Part shown: in pieces, positions 25,543 to 32,000 of the stretch
Layout of the letters: each line of letters begins with the position of its first letter
How positions within the stretch are numbered: the stretch's first letter is position 1
DNA from: Desulfobulbus propionicus DSM 2032
Lineage (GTDB): Bacteria; Desulfobacterota; Desulfobulbia; Desulfobulbales; Desulfobulbaceae
Assembly (NCBI RefSeq): GCF_000186885.1
Contig: NC_014972.1
Coordinates: forward strand, 1,080,001-1,112,000
Reading direction: 5' to 3'
Length of the DNA stretch: 32,000 nt
Position numbers and translations under genes: made by a program
Notes under the pieces: generated by a model
The model's database searches: none
What the model was told of the DNA's origin: nothing
The model's input: the letters and a program-made list of their open reading frames with translations, nothing else

Positions 25543-25579
25543 AATCAGTCCTTTTCGGTGGTATCAGTAGGAATCAGTC
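25543..25579. promoter_or_regulatory. Triple direct repeat (A/T)ATCAGT(C/A) in the tsaD-moaA divergent region
   Basis: AATCAGTC lies at 25543-25550, TATCAGTA at 25562-25569 and AATCAGTC at 25572-25579. Start-to-start spacings are 19 and 10 bp, roughly helical phasing. This is a candidate operator. No known binding-site consensus was recognised. Confidence 0.25.
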
Positions 25580-25638
25580 GTCGGTTGCCGTTGGTTTCGA
25601 TGGCCGGCAACCTGTTTCCGCCGTCAGCACCATACACA

Positions 25639-26685
25639 ATGATACAAGAAAATACCACCGTTGCCCCACCAGGAAACAGCCTTACCGATCTGTTTTCCCG
25701 CTCCATTTCCTATTTGCGTCTCAGCCTCACCGACCGCTGCAACCTCAGGTGCATGTATTGCGTCACCGAGGACGAGTCCTCCGGCTGCCTGGCCAAGCTC
25801 GGCCAGGAGGAACTGCTCACCTACGAGGAACTGCTGCGGGTGGTCCGGGTGGCAGTGGCCATGGGCATCACCAAGGTGCGGCTCACCGGCGGCGAGCCGC
25901 TGGTGCGTCGAGGCGTGCTGGATTTTATCCGCGAACTCAATCGGATCGAAGGGTTGGACGATGTGCGTATCACCACCAATGGCGTATTGCTGGCACAGTA
26001 TGGGCGGGAATTGCTGGAGGCCGGCGTGACCAAGGTAAACATCAGCCTCGATTCCCTGCGACCCGAGCGGGTGGCGGCGATCACCGGAATCGACTGTTTT
26101 GACGCGGTCTGGCGGGGGGTGGAGACGGTGCTTGCTTTGGGCTTTGCACCGGTCAAGCTCAACATGGTGGCCATGCGCCACATCAATGACGACGAGATCC
26201 TCGATTTTGCCCGTATGTCCCAGCGGCTGCCGCTGCAGGTGCGGTTCATCGAGTTCATGCCCATCGGCGCCTCCAGCCGCTGGAACGCCAACACCTACAT
26301 CAGCACCGACGAGATCATGGAACGGATCGGGACGCTGGGCGAACTGATCCCCCTGCAGAAAGGGCGCAATGACGGCCCGGCCAAGGTCTTCCGCCTGGGC
26401 GAGGACGCGGCCGGCACCCTGGGCTTCATCAGCCCCCTGAGCCACCACTTCTGCGATCGCTGCAACCGACTGCGCCTGACCTCGGCCGGCACCCTGCGTT
26501 CCTGCCTGCTCCACGATGAGGAGGTCGATCTCCGCGCCGTGCTGCGCAATGAACCGACGGACGACTCGATCCGTGAAGCCTTGCTCACCGCCATCCGCAA
26601 CAAGCCGCGCGGCCACCAGCTGGAGGAGCGGCTGCACCGTTCGGGCAGCGACTGTCACGGCCGGATGTCGCGCATCGGCGGCTGA
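25639..26685 (+). CDS. moaA: GTP 3',8-cyclase MoaA (molybdenum cofactor biosynthesis, radical SAM)
   Basis: The radical-SAM cluster motif is CNLRCMYC, within YLRLSLTDRCNLRCMYCV. The C-terminal auxiliary cluster is CDRCNRLRLTSAGTLRSC, and the protein ends in a terminal Gly-Gly (RIGG). The track ORF begins at GTG 25558. ATG 25639 (MIQENTT) is closest to the conserved core, and ATG 25600 is also possible. Confidence 0.92.
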   Translation: MIQENTTVAPPGNSLTDLFSRSISYLRLSLTDRCNLRCMYCVTEDESSGCLAKLGQEELLTYEELLRVVRVAVAMGITKVRLTGGEPLVRRGVLDFIRELNRIEGLDDVRITTNGVLLAQYGRELLEAGVTKVNISLDSLRPERVAAITGIDCFDAVWRGVETVLALGFAPVKLNMVAMRHINDDEILDFARMSQRLPLQVRFIEFMPIGASSRWNANTYISTDEIMERIGTLGELIPLQKGRNDGPAKVFRLGEDAAGTLGFISPLSHHFCDRCNRLRLTSAGTLRSCLLHDEEVDLRAVLRNEPTDDSIREALLTAIRNKPRGHQLEERLHRSGSDCHGRMSRIGG

Positions 26686-26694
26686 TCGGCTGCC

Positions 26695-27876
26695 TCAGCC
26701 TCCTGTCTGCAACCACCCCTCAATGCGGTCAAAGGCCTCGTTGATCTCCGCCTCCTCGCCGCCAAAGGAGAGGCGGAGGTGACCCTCGCCGCCCGGACCG
26801 TAGGAAGCGCCGGGAATGGTGATCACCCGTGCCCCGTACAGCAGGCGCGTGGCCACTTCCTGTGACGGTCCATCCGAGAACAAATAGCGGGCCATGACGT
26901 AAAAGGCCCCTTTGGGTTCGACATAGCTGAAAAAATTCCGCATTCCATCCAACCGCCGGCAGCAGAGATCCCGCCGCCGGATAAGCTGTGCCTTGCACTC
27001 GACCAGCCAGCCCGGATCCGAATCCAGGGCGGCCAGGGCCGCAAACTGCGCGGGCGTGGGCGCGCAGATGGTGGCCGCGTCGTGCACCTTCATGATCTGC
27101 GCCATCAATTCGCTCGCCGCCGTGACCCAGCCGATGCGCCAGCCGGTGAGGGCATATTGTTTCGACAACGACGAGATGCTGACCACGTGGTGGCGGTAGC
27201 GGGACAGGCCGAGCGGCGAAAGCGGCGTCCTGCCCTCGTAGACCAGATACGCATAGGTCTCGTCGATCACCACCACGAATCCCCGTTCCACCGCCAGCTC
27301 ACACAGGGCCAACACCTCGCTGTCGGCAAAGACGTTGCCGGTGGGGTTGCCGGGGTTACACAGCATCAAGGCCCTGGTTCTCGGGGTGATGGCGGCCCGC
27401 ACCGCCTCCAGATTCAGGGTCCAGCCGGCGGTCAGAGGCACGAACACCGGCCGGCCGCCGGCGAGATGGACCTGCTCGATGTAGGAGGCATAGGTCGGTG
27501 TAGGCAGGATGACCTCGTCGTCCTGGTCCACCAGGGTCAGCAGGGTGGCCAGCAACCCCTCCATGGCGCCGACGGTGAGACAGATTTCGTTGTCCGGGTC
27601 GATATCCACGCCCTTTTCTTCCCGTAAAGCCCGGGCGATCCGCTGCCGCAGTTCGGGCATGCCGGTCTGCAGGGTGTACTTGCCGCTGGCCGGGTTATCC
27701 TGCAGGATCTTGGTCACGCTTGCCACCACCGGTGGCGGGGTGGCAAAGGAGGGCACGCCCTGGCCAAGACTGACACAGTCGCCAATGCGGGCCGCCTCCT
27801 GGGCCATGGCCTTGGTGGCAGAAACGGCGATGGAGCGGACCCGACGGCTGATGGGGGGAAAGACGGGGCTGCTCAT
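26695..27876 (-). CDS. Pyridoxal-phosphate-dependent aminotransferase, class I/II (aspartate aminotransferase-like)
   Basis: The motif NPGNPTG is present, and the PLP-lysine motif is SSLSKQYALTGWRIGW. The ATG at 27876 overlaps the stop of the upstream FAD oxidase gene as ATGA. Confidence 0.9.
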   Translation of the reverse strand: MSSPVFPPISRRVRSIAVSATKAMAQEAARIGDCVSLGQGVPSFATPPPVVASVTKILQDNPASGKYTLQTGMPELRQRIARALREEKGVDIDPDNEICLTVGAMEGLLATLLTLVDQDDEVILPTPTYASYIEQVHLAGGRPVFVPLTAGWTLNLEAVRAAITPRTRALMLCNPGNPTGNVFADSEVLALCELAVERGFVVVIDETYAYLVYEGRTPLSPLGLSRYRHHVVSISSLSKQYALTGWRIGWVTAASELMAQIMKVHDAATICAPTPAQFAALAALDSDPGWLVECKAQLIRRRDLCCRRLDGMRNFFSYVEPKGAFYVMARYLFSDGPSQEVATRLLYGARVITIPGASYGPGGEGHLRLSFGGEEAEINEAFDRIEGWLQTGG

Positions 27877-29258
27877 GGGAAGATCTTGCCGGGGTTGAGG
27901 ATCAGGTTCGGGTCGAAGAGGCGCTTGATGCCCTGTTGCAGGCCAATGCTGGTCGGCGAAAGTTCAAGCGGCAGGAACTGCTTTTTGGCAAGTCCTATGC
28001 CGTGTTCGCCGGAGAGGGTGCCGCCCATGGCCAGCACCCGTTTGAGCAGGGCCAGGACGCCTGCCTCGGCCAGCTCCCGCTCTTTCGGATACTGGCTGGT
28101 AATGTTGAGGTGGATGTTGCCGTCGCCGGCATGGCCAAAGGCAAAGATCTCCACCCCGTAACGGGTCTCGTAGTCGGGCAGCACATCGACCAGTTCGGCA
28201 ATACGGCTCAGCGGCACGGCCACATCCTCCGGGATGTAGAGGGGGGCCTGATCATGGATGCGCAGGCTCACCTGGCGGCGGACCTCCCAGATCTGCTGCC
28301 GATCCTGTTCGTTCGGTGCTTTGCGGCAATGGATGGCCCCCTCGTCCTTGGCCAAGGCGAGCACGGTGTCCATCTCCGGGGCGATCTGCGCGGCTGGGCC
28401 GTCGAGTTCGATCAACAGCAGCGAGGGCTTGCCGCTTGGCAGGCTGAAGGGCAGCAGCTCACCGATCAGGGCCAGGCAGCGGTGGTCGAGAAACTCGATG
28501 GCGCTGGGCAGATGCCCTGCGGCCATGATCCGGGCCACGCTGCGCATGGCCTCGCCCATGGAACCAAAGATGCACAGCGCGCCGATGGTTGCCGTCGGCC
28601 GGGGCATCAGCCTGAGGGTCAGGGCGGTGATCACCGCCAGTGTTCCCTCGCAGCCGACGAGCAGGTTGGTCAGGTCGTAGCCGACCACGCCCTTGCGGGT
28701 ACGGACACCGGTGGCGATCAGCGTTCCGTCGGGCAGAACCGCCTCCAGGCCGAGGATGTAGTCGCGGGTGGTACCGTATTTGACGCAGGCCGGACCGCCG
28801 GCGTCGGTGGCCGCGTTGCCGCCGATGGTGCTCAGCTCCATGCCCGCCGGATCGGGCGGATAGAAGAGGTCGTGAGCTGCGGCGGCCTCGCGCACCTGGG
28901 CGCTGATCGCTCCGGCCTCGACCTCCATGGTGAAGTTGGCGGTGTCGATAGACCGGATGGCGTTCAGGTCGCGGGTGGACAGCACCACACCGCCCTGGTG
29001 GGCCAAACAGGCCCCGGCCAAGCCGGAACCGCCGCCCCGGGGGATGACCGGAAAGCGGTGGCTGTTGGCCAATGCCAGCACGGCCTGGACATCGGCAACG
29101 GTCTTGGCCCGGACCACCAGTTCGGGGCGGTGGTGGAGGGCCGAGGCATCGGTGGCGCAGGCCTCGATCTCGGCCGGATTGGTGACGATGGCCCCGGGGC
29201 TGAGCCGGGATTGGAGCTGGGCGATGATCGGGCCGGTGACAGGAGAATAGGAGATCAT
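27873..29258 (-). CDS. FAD-linked oxidase / dehydrogenase, GlcD / D-lactate dehydrogenase family
   Basis: The real start is ATG 29258 (MISYSPVTGPIIAQLQSRL). The upstream 185 codons of the track ORF (to 29813) are Arg/Pro/His-rich and overlap the permease gene out of frame. The FAD_binding_4 motif is FPVIPRGGGSGLAGA. The C-terminal GlcD-type region contains GHAGDGNIHLN...GGTLSGEHGIGLAK. Confidence 0.88.
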   Translation of the reverse strand: MISYSPVTGPIIAQLQSRLSPGAIVTNPAEIEACATDASALHHRPELVVRAKTVADVQAVLALANSHRFPVIPRGGGSGLAGACLAHQGGVVLSTRDLNAIRSIDTANFTMEVEAGAISAQVREAAAAHDLFYPPDPAGMELSTIGGNAATDAGGPACVKYGTTRDYILGLEAVLPDGTLIATGVRTRKGVVGYDLTNLLVGCEGTLAVITALTLRLMPRPTATIGALCIFGSMGEAMRSVARIMAAGHLPSAIEFLDHRCLALIGELLPFSLPSGKPSLLLIELDGPAAQIAPEMDTVLALAKDEGAIHCRKAPNEQDRQQIWEVRRQVSLRIHDQAPLYIPEDVAVPLSRIAELVDVLPDYETRYGVEIFAFGHAGDGNIHLNITSQYPKERELAEAGVLALLKRVLAMGGTLSGEHGIGLAKKQFLPLELSPTSIGLQQGIKRLFDPNLILNPGKIFP

Positions 29259-29299
29259 GGAAATCGGGGGGAAGGAAAAAATATTGTCGTCTTGGCCGA

Positions 29300-29968
29300 T
29301 TACTGATGGCCGAAGCCGGGGATGAACAGCCGTTGCTCGATCCGCTTGAGCACAAAGATCGCCAGGGTCACCAGGCCGAGATAGTAGAGGCCGATGATGG
29401 CGAACACCTCGGTGAAGCGGAAGTATTCGGTGGCAACGGTCTTGCCCTCGCCGGTCAGCTCCATGCAGGTGACGATGTAGGCCAGCGAGGAGTATTTGAT
29501 CAGGTAGATGATTTCGTTGCCGCAGCCGTGGATGGCCCGGCGGACCGCCTGCGGCACGATGATCCAGCGCACGGTCTGCCAGCCGGTGAAGCCCAGGGCC
29601 TGGGCACCGAGGTACTGGCCGCGCTTGATCGACAGCAGGGCGCCGCGCACGTACTCGGACTGGTAGGCACCGCTGCAGAGGACAAACCCGATGACCGCGG
29701 CGGCGTAGGGACTGAGGTAGAGGCCGAGGTTGGGCAGGCCGAAATAGAGCACGAATAGCTGCACCACCAGCGGCGTGCCGCGAAACAGGGCCGCGTAGCC
29801 GTCGCCCAGCCATCGCAGCCAGCGGGCGCCGAAGACCCGCAACGCCCCGGCGCTGATGCCGATCACCACGCCGCCCACGGCCGAGGGCACGATCAGGGCC
29901 AGGCTCATCACCAGGCCGCGATTGAGCGCGGCCAGCAGCTCCTGATAGAAGGGCGACAGGGTCAGCAT
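29300..29968 (-). CDS. Polar amino-acid ABC transporter permease (HisM/GlnP-type)
   Basis: 222 aa with multiple TM helices. The EAA-like loop region is GAYQSEYVRGALLSIKRGQYLGAQALGF. Its ATG (29968) shares one base with the ATPase stop (TGATG). Confidence 0.9.
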   Translation of the reverse strand: MLTLSPFYQELLAALNRGLVMSLALIVPSAVGGVVIGISAGALRVFGARWLRWLGDGYAALFRGTPLVVQLFVLYFGLPNLGLYLSPYAAAVIGFVLCSGAYQSEYVRGALLSIKRGQYLGAQALGFTGWQTVRWIIVPQAVRRAIHGCGNEIIYLIKYSSLAYIVTCMELTGEGKTVATEYFRFTEVFAIIGLYYLGLVTLAIFVLKRIEQRLFIPGFGHQ

Positions 29969-30735
29969 CAGTAGGTGCCGTCGGCCAGGTCGTTGAGCCG
30001 GTCGCAGAACCCCTGGCTCTTGCTGCGGCTGCCCGGCGCCAGCAGCTGGGCCGGCGATCCCTGCTCGACGATCACGCCGCCCTCCATGAACAGGATCTCG
30101 TCGGCCAGGGTGGCGATGAGGCTGATCTGGTGGGTGGCCATGATCATGGTCATGCCCTTGGCCGCCAGGGCGCGGATGACCGCGATCACCTCGCCGATCA
30201 GCTCCGGGTCCAGGGCCGAGGTCGGCTCGTCGAGCAACAGGGCCTTGGGGTCCATGGCCAGGGCGCGGGCAATGGCCACCCGCTGTTTTTGGCCGCCGCT
30301 CAGCTGGGCCGGATAAAGATCGGCCTTGTCGGCCAATCCCACCTGCTCCAACTCCAACCGGGCGCGGGTTTCGGCCTCCTGTTTGCCGATTTTTTTCACC
30401 TTGCGCAGGGCAATGGTGATGTTGTCCAGGGCGGTGAGGTGATCAAAGAGGTTGAATTCCTGAAAGATCATGCCCACCTCCTGGCGCAGCCGATAGAGAT
30501 CGGCCTTGCGGTGCAGATCGATCCGCTCGTCGCCGAGATGAATCTCGCCCGAATCCGGATGCACCAGGCAGTTGATGCACTGCAACAGGGTGGATTTGCC
30601 GCCGCCCGAGGGGCCGATCAGCACCTTGATTTCGCCCTTGCGCAGGCTCAGGCTGACGCCCTTGAGAATGCAGGTGGCGCCGAAGCATTTGGAGATGTTG
30701 TCGACCCGGAGGATGGGGGTGGTGTCGGTGATCAT
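29968..30735 (-). CDS. Polar amino-acid ABC transporter ATP-binding protein (GlnQ/HisP-like)
   Basis: Walker A is GPSGGGKST, the signature is LSGGQKQRVAIARAL, Walker B is LLLDEPTSALD and the H-loop is MIMATHQ. Its ATG at 30735 overlaps the upstream permease stop as ATGA. Confidence 0.93.
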   Translation of the reverse strand: MITDTTPILRVDNISKCFGATCILKGVSLSLRKGEIKVLIGPSGGGKSTLLQCINCLVHPDSGEIHLGDERIDLHRKADLYRLRQEVGMIFQEFNLFDHLTALDNITIALRKVKKIGKQEAETRARLELEQVGLADKADLYPAQLSGGQKQRVAIARALAMDPKALLLDEPTSALDPELIGEVIAVIRALAAKGMTMIMATHQISLIATLADEILFMEGGVIVEQGSPAQLLAPGSRSKSQGFCDRLNDLADGTY

Positions 30736-31412
30736 GGCATCGAGTGGTGGGTGTAGCCGGGGATGCGGAGCCGCTGCTCCAGTTTGCGCAGGCCCCAGAC
30801 CCCGAGCCAGGTGAGGAGAAAATAGAGCAGGCCGGCGGTGAGGTAGAGGGGCAGATGCTGGTAGGTGCGCGAGGCCACAAACTGGGCGCGGGCCATGATC
30901 TCCGGGGCGCCGATGACAAAGGCCAGGGCCGAATCCTTGAGGATGATCGAGTATTCGTTGGACCAGGCCGGAATCGACAGGCGCAGGACCTGCGGCAGGA
31001 TGATCGAACGGATGGTCTGGACATCGCTCATTCCCAGGGCGCTGGCGGCCCGGAACTGACCGCGCGGCAGGGAGAGGATCGCGCCCCTGAAGATGTTGGC
31101 CTGGTAGGCGCCGGTGGTCATGCCGAGCACCACGGCCACCGAGAAAAAGGCGTTCAAGGGCAGGTTCAAGTAGGTGAACAGGCCGAAATAGAAAAGAAAG
31201 AGCAGCACCAGCACCGGCACGCCGCGAAAAAACCAGACATAGAACCCGAGCAGCAGGCGCAGCAGCCGGTTGCCGTAGACCAGGCCGATCGCGATGACAA
31301 TGCCCAGCGCCAGGCCCAGCAACATGGCCAGGACAACGATACCGGCGGTGTTGATGGCCCCCGCAAGGAGATAGGGCAGGGAATCGGCGATGACGGCCAG
31401 GGAAGCGGGCAT
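30732..31412 (-). CDS. Polar amino-acid ABC transporter permease (second subunit)
   Basis: 226 aa with an ATG at 31412. The EAA-like region is GAYQANIFRGAILSLPRGQFRAASALGM. It is a paralogue of the 29300..29968 permease. Confidence 0.9.
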   Translation of the reverse strand: MPASLAVIADSLPYLLAGAINTAGIVVLAMLLGLALGIVIAIGLVYGNRLLRLLLGFYVWFFRGVPVLVLLFLFYFGLFTYLNLPLNAFFSVAVVLGMTTGAYQANIFRGAILSLPRGQFRAASALGMSDVQTIRSIILPQVLRLSIPAWSNEYSIILKDSALAFVIGAPEIMARAQFVASRTYQHLPLYLTAGLLYFLLTWLGVWGLRKLEQRLRIPGYTHHSMP

Positions 31413-31477
31413 GATAGGGTCAGAGGAACAGCAAGGGTTGGCGGTGCAGGTTGCCGTGGATCGATCGGTTCAATGAA

Positions 31478-31542
31478 GCCGGGAGAAACCATCCGTTTCC
31501 CGGCCTGCAAACACGGCGGGCGGAGCAGCCGCTCCGCCCGCC
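31478..31542 (-). terminator. Two adjacent GC-rich hairpins between the SBP gene and the first permease gene (possible intra-operon attenuator)
   Basis: Hairpin 1 is a perfect 12-bp stem, GGCGGGCGGAGC (31515-26) / GCTCCGCCCGCC (31531-42), with a 4-nt loop. It lies 8 nt after the SBP stop. On the minus strand only a weak U-tract (GUGUUUGC) follows it. Hairpin 2 (31478-31504) pairs GCCGGGAGAAAC with GTTTCCCGGC, with a 2-nt bulge. Confidence 0.4.
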
Positions 31543-31549
31543 GGAATGG

Positions 31550-32000
31550 TTATTTTTCCAGCTCGTATTTCTTTTTCAGCGCTTCCCAGTCGGGAGAAGC
31601 CATCAGCTTCTTGAGGCTGGCGTTGACCTTGTCGAGCAGCTCCTGATCGCCCTTGCGCACCGCATAGCCGAATTCCTCCTGCTCCATGCCGAAGGTGCCG
31701 AGCACCTGTACCTCCTTCTTGGCGGCGGCATCCTTGGCCGGGGCGTCATCCATGGCGGCGGCGTCGATGCGGCCGTTGAGCAGGTCCTCCACCGCCAGCG
31801 GCGAGGAGTTGTAGTAACGCAGCTCAAAGTTCCATCCCTTGGCCGCGGCCTGTTCCTTCAGCCACTTGGCCTCGGAGGTGCCCTGCTGGACGCCGAGAAT
31901 CTTCTTGCCGCTCAAGATGGCGTCGATGGTCAGCGGCGAACCCTTCTTGGTGACCATCACCTGCTTGATCACCCAGTAGGGAAGGGTGAAGTTGACCTGC
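31550..32000 (-). CDS. Amino-acid ABC transporter periplasmic substrate-binding protein (SBP_bac_3 type), 5'-truncated by the window edge
   Basis: The reading frame is open to position 32000 (...QVNFTLPYWVIKQVMVTKKG...), so the Met at 31972 in the track is internal. Typical family features are present: ILGVQQGTSEAKWL, GRIDAAAMDDAPA and FGYAVRKGDQELLDKVN. Confidence 0.88.
   Translation of the reverse strand, partial: QVNFTLPYWVIKQVMVTKKGSPLTIDAILSGKKILGVQQGTSEAKWLKEQAAAKGWNFELRYYNSSPLAVEDLLNGRIDAAAMDDAPAKDAAAKKEVQVLGTFGMEQEEFGYAVRKGDQELLDKVNASLKKLMASPDWEALKKKYELEK

Noticed and set aside
25529-25700. Possible Moco riboswitch upstream of moaA
   Set aside because: I could not find the conserved Moco-motif core sequences, and the available leader is short. 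This is not decisive without running Infernal with RF01055.
26680-26700. A 6-bp inverted repeat, GGCTGA...TCAGCC, embedding the convergent moaA and aminotransferase stop codons
   Set aside because: The stem is too short and has no flanking T or A runs, so I cannot call it a terminator. It may simply reflect the two stop codons facing each other 9 nt apart.
29259-29813. The 185-codon N-terminal extension of the FAD oxidase ORF. Similar upstream extensions occur at 22550..22789, 22030..22119, 10407..10556, 9042..9083, 1481..1543 and 20730..20792.
   Set aside because: The extensions overlap the preceding genes out of frame, are Arg/Pro/His-rich, and several begin at TTG. In each case an internal ATG gives the canonical family N-terminus or a signal peptide.
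608-31646. Other long antisense ORFs in the track: 608..1615, 1525..2541, 2632..3462, 5266..6663, 6685..7644, 8088..8777, 9735..10385, 10787..12163, 15249..16157, 16458..17498, 21016..22059, 23609..24643, 24665..25570, 25624..26658, 27936..29306, 30130..30756 and 30744..31646
   Set aside because: Each lies opposite a gene with clear family motifs. Each has shadow-ORF composition (an excess of G, R, L, Q, D and H) and no motif I recognise. This is expected behaviour for GC3-rich genes.
1-32000. Mobile elements, CRISPR arrays, tRNA/rRNA genes, toxin-antitoxin pairs, and reverse transcriptases or other defence-island hallmarks
   Set aside because: I found no spaced short direct-repeat arrays, no terminal inverted repeats flanking a transposase or integrase-like ORF, and no tRNA-like sequence in the few intergenic gaps. 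No compositional island is present apart from the 35-bp AT tract at about 12122-12156. I therefore do not claim a novel defence or mobile system in this window.

Overview
This is a GC-rich bacterial chromosomal segment with a strong G/C preference at third codon positions. Gene content gives the impression of a deltaproteobacterial or Desulfobulbales-like anaerobe, but I cannot verify taxonomy. The window is almost entirely coding. I support 26 protein-coding genes, 22 of them on the minus strand.

Genes from left to right:
- A three-gene signalling operon: secreted DUF4390 protein, NtrY-like histidine kinase, and a sigma-54-dependent NtrX/NtrC-like regulator.
- An RNB-family exoribonuclease, divergent from era.
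- A cell-division and cell-wall operon: ftsE, ftsX, an envC-like gene with a degenerate LytM domain, and a ctp-type S41 protease.
- A HAD phosphatase followed by a long DUF445 membrane protein.
- A roughly 10.8 kb co-directional string: tsaD, rsmA, an 86-aa two-TM protein, a CPBP intramembrane protease, DUF2062, an Fe-type alcohol dehydrogenase, glgB, and a 1326-aa coiled-coil protein with a C-terminal OmpA-like domain.
- moaA.
- A tightly coupled operon: amino-acid ABC transporter (SBP, permease, ATPase, permease), a GlcD-like FAD oxidase, and a class I aminotransferase.

I found no rRNA, tRNA, CRISPR array, transposase, integrase, phage gene or recognisable defence system. Most of the window is ordinary housekeeping sequence.

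The one object that really stands out is the giant wall-anchored coiled-coil protein at 14769..18749. It also carries an internal segmental duplication of about 0.8 kb at a 1254-nt offset. Lesser points of interest are the DUF4390/NtrYX module, the membrane-protein trio next to rsmA, the transporter/oxidase/aminotransferase operon, and a few intergenic repeats and hairpins.

The many long ORFs in the six-frame track that lie antisense to these genes are shadow ORFs of GC3-rich genes. All calls rest on reading motifs by eye. Start codons are the least certain part.
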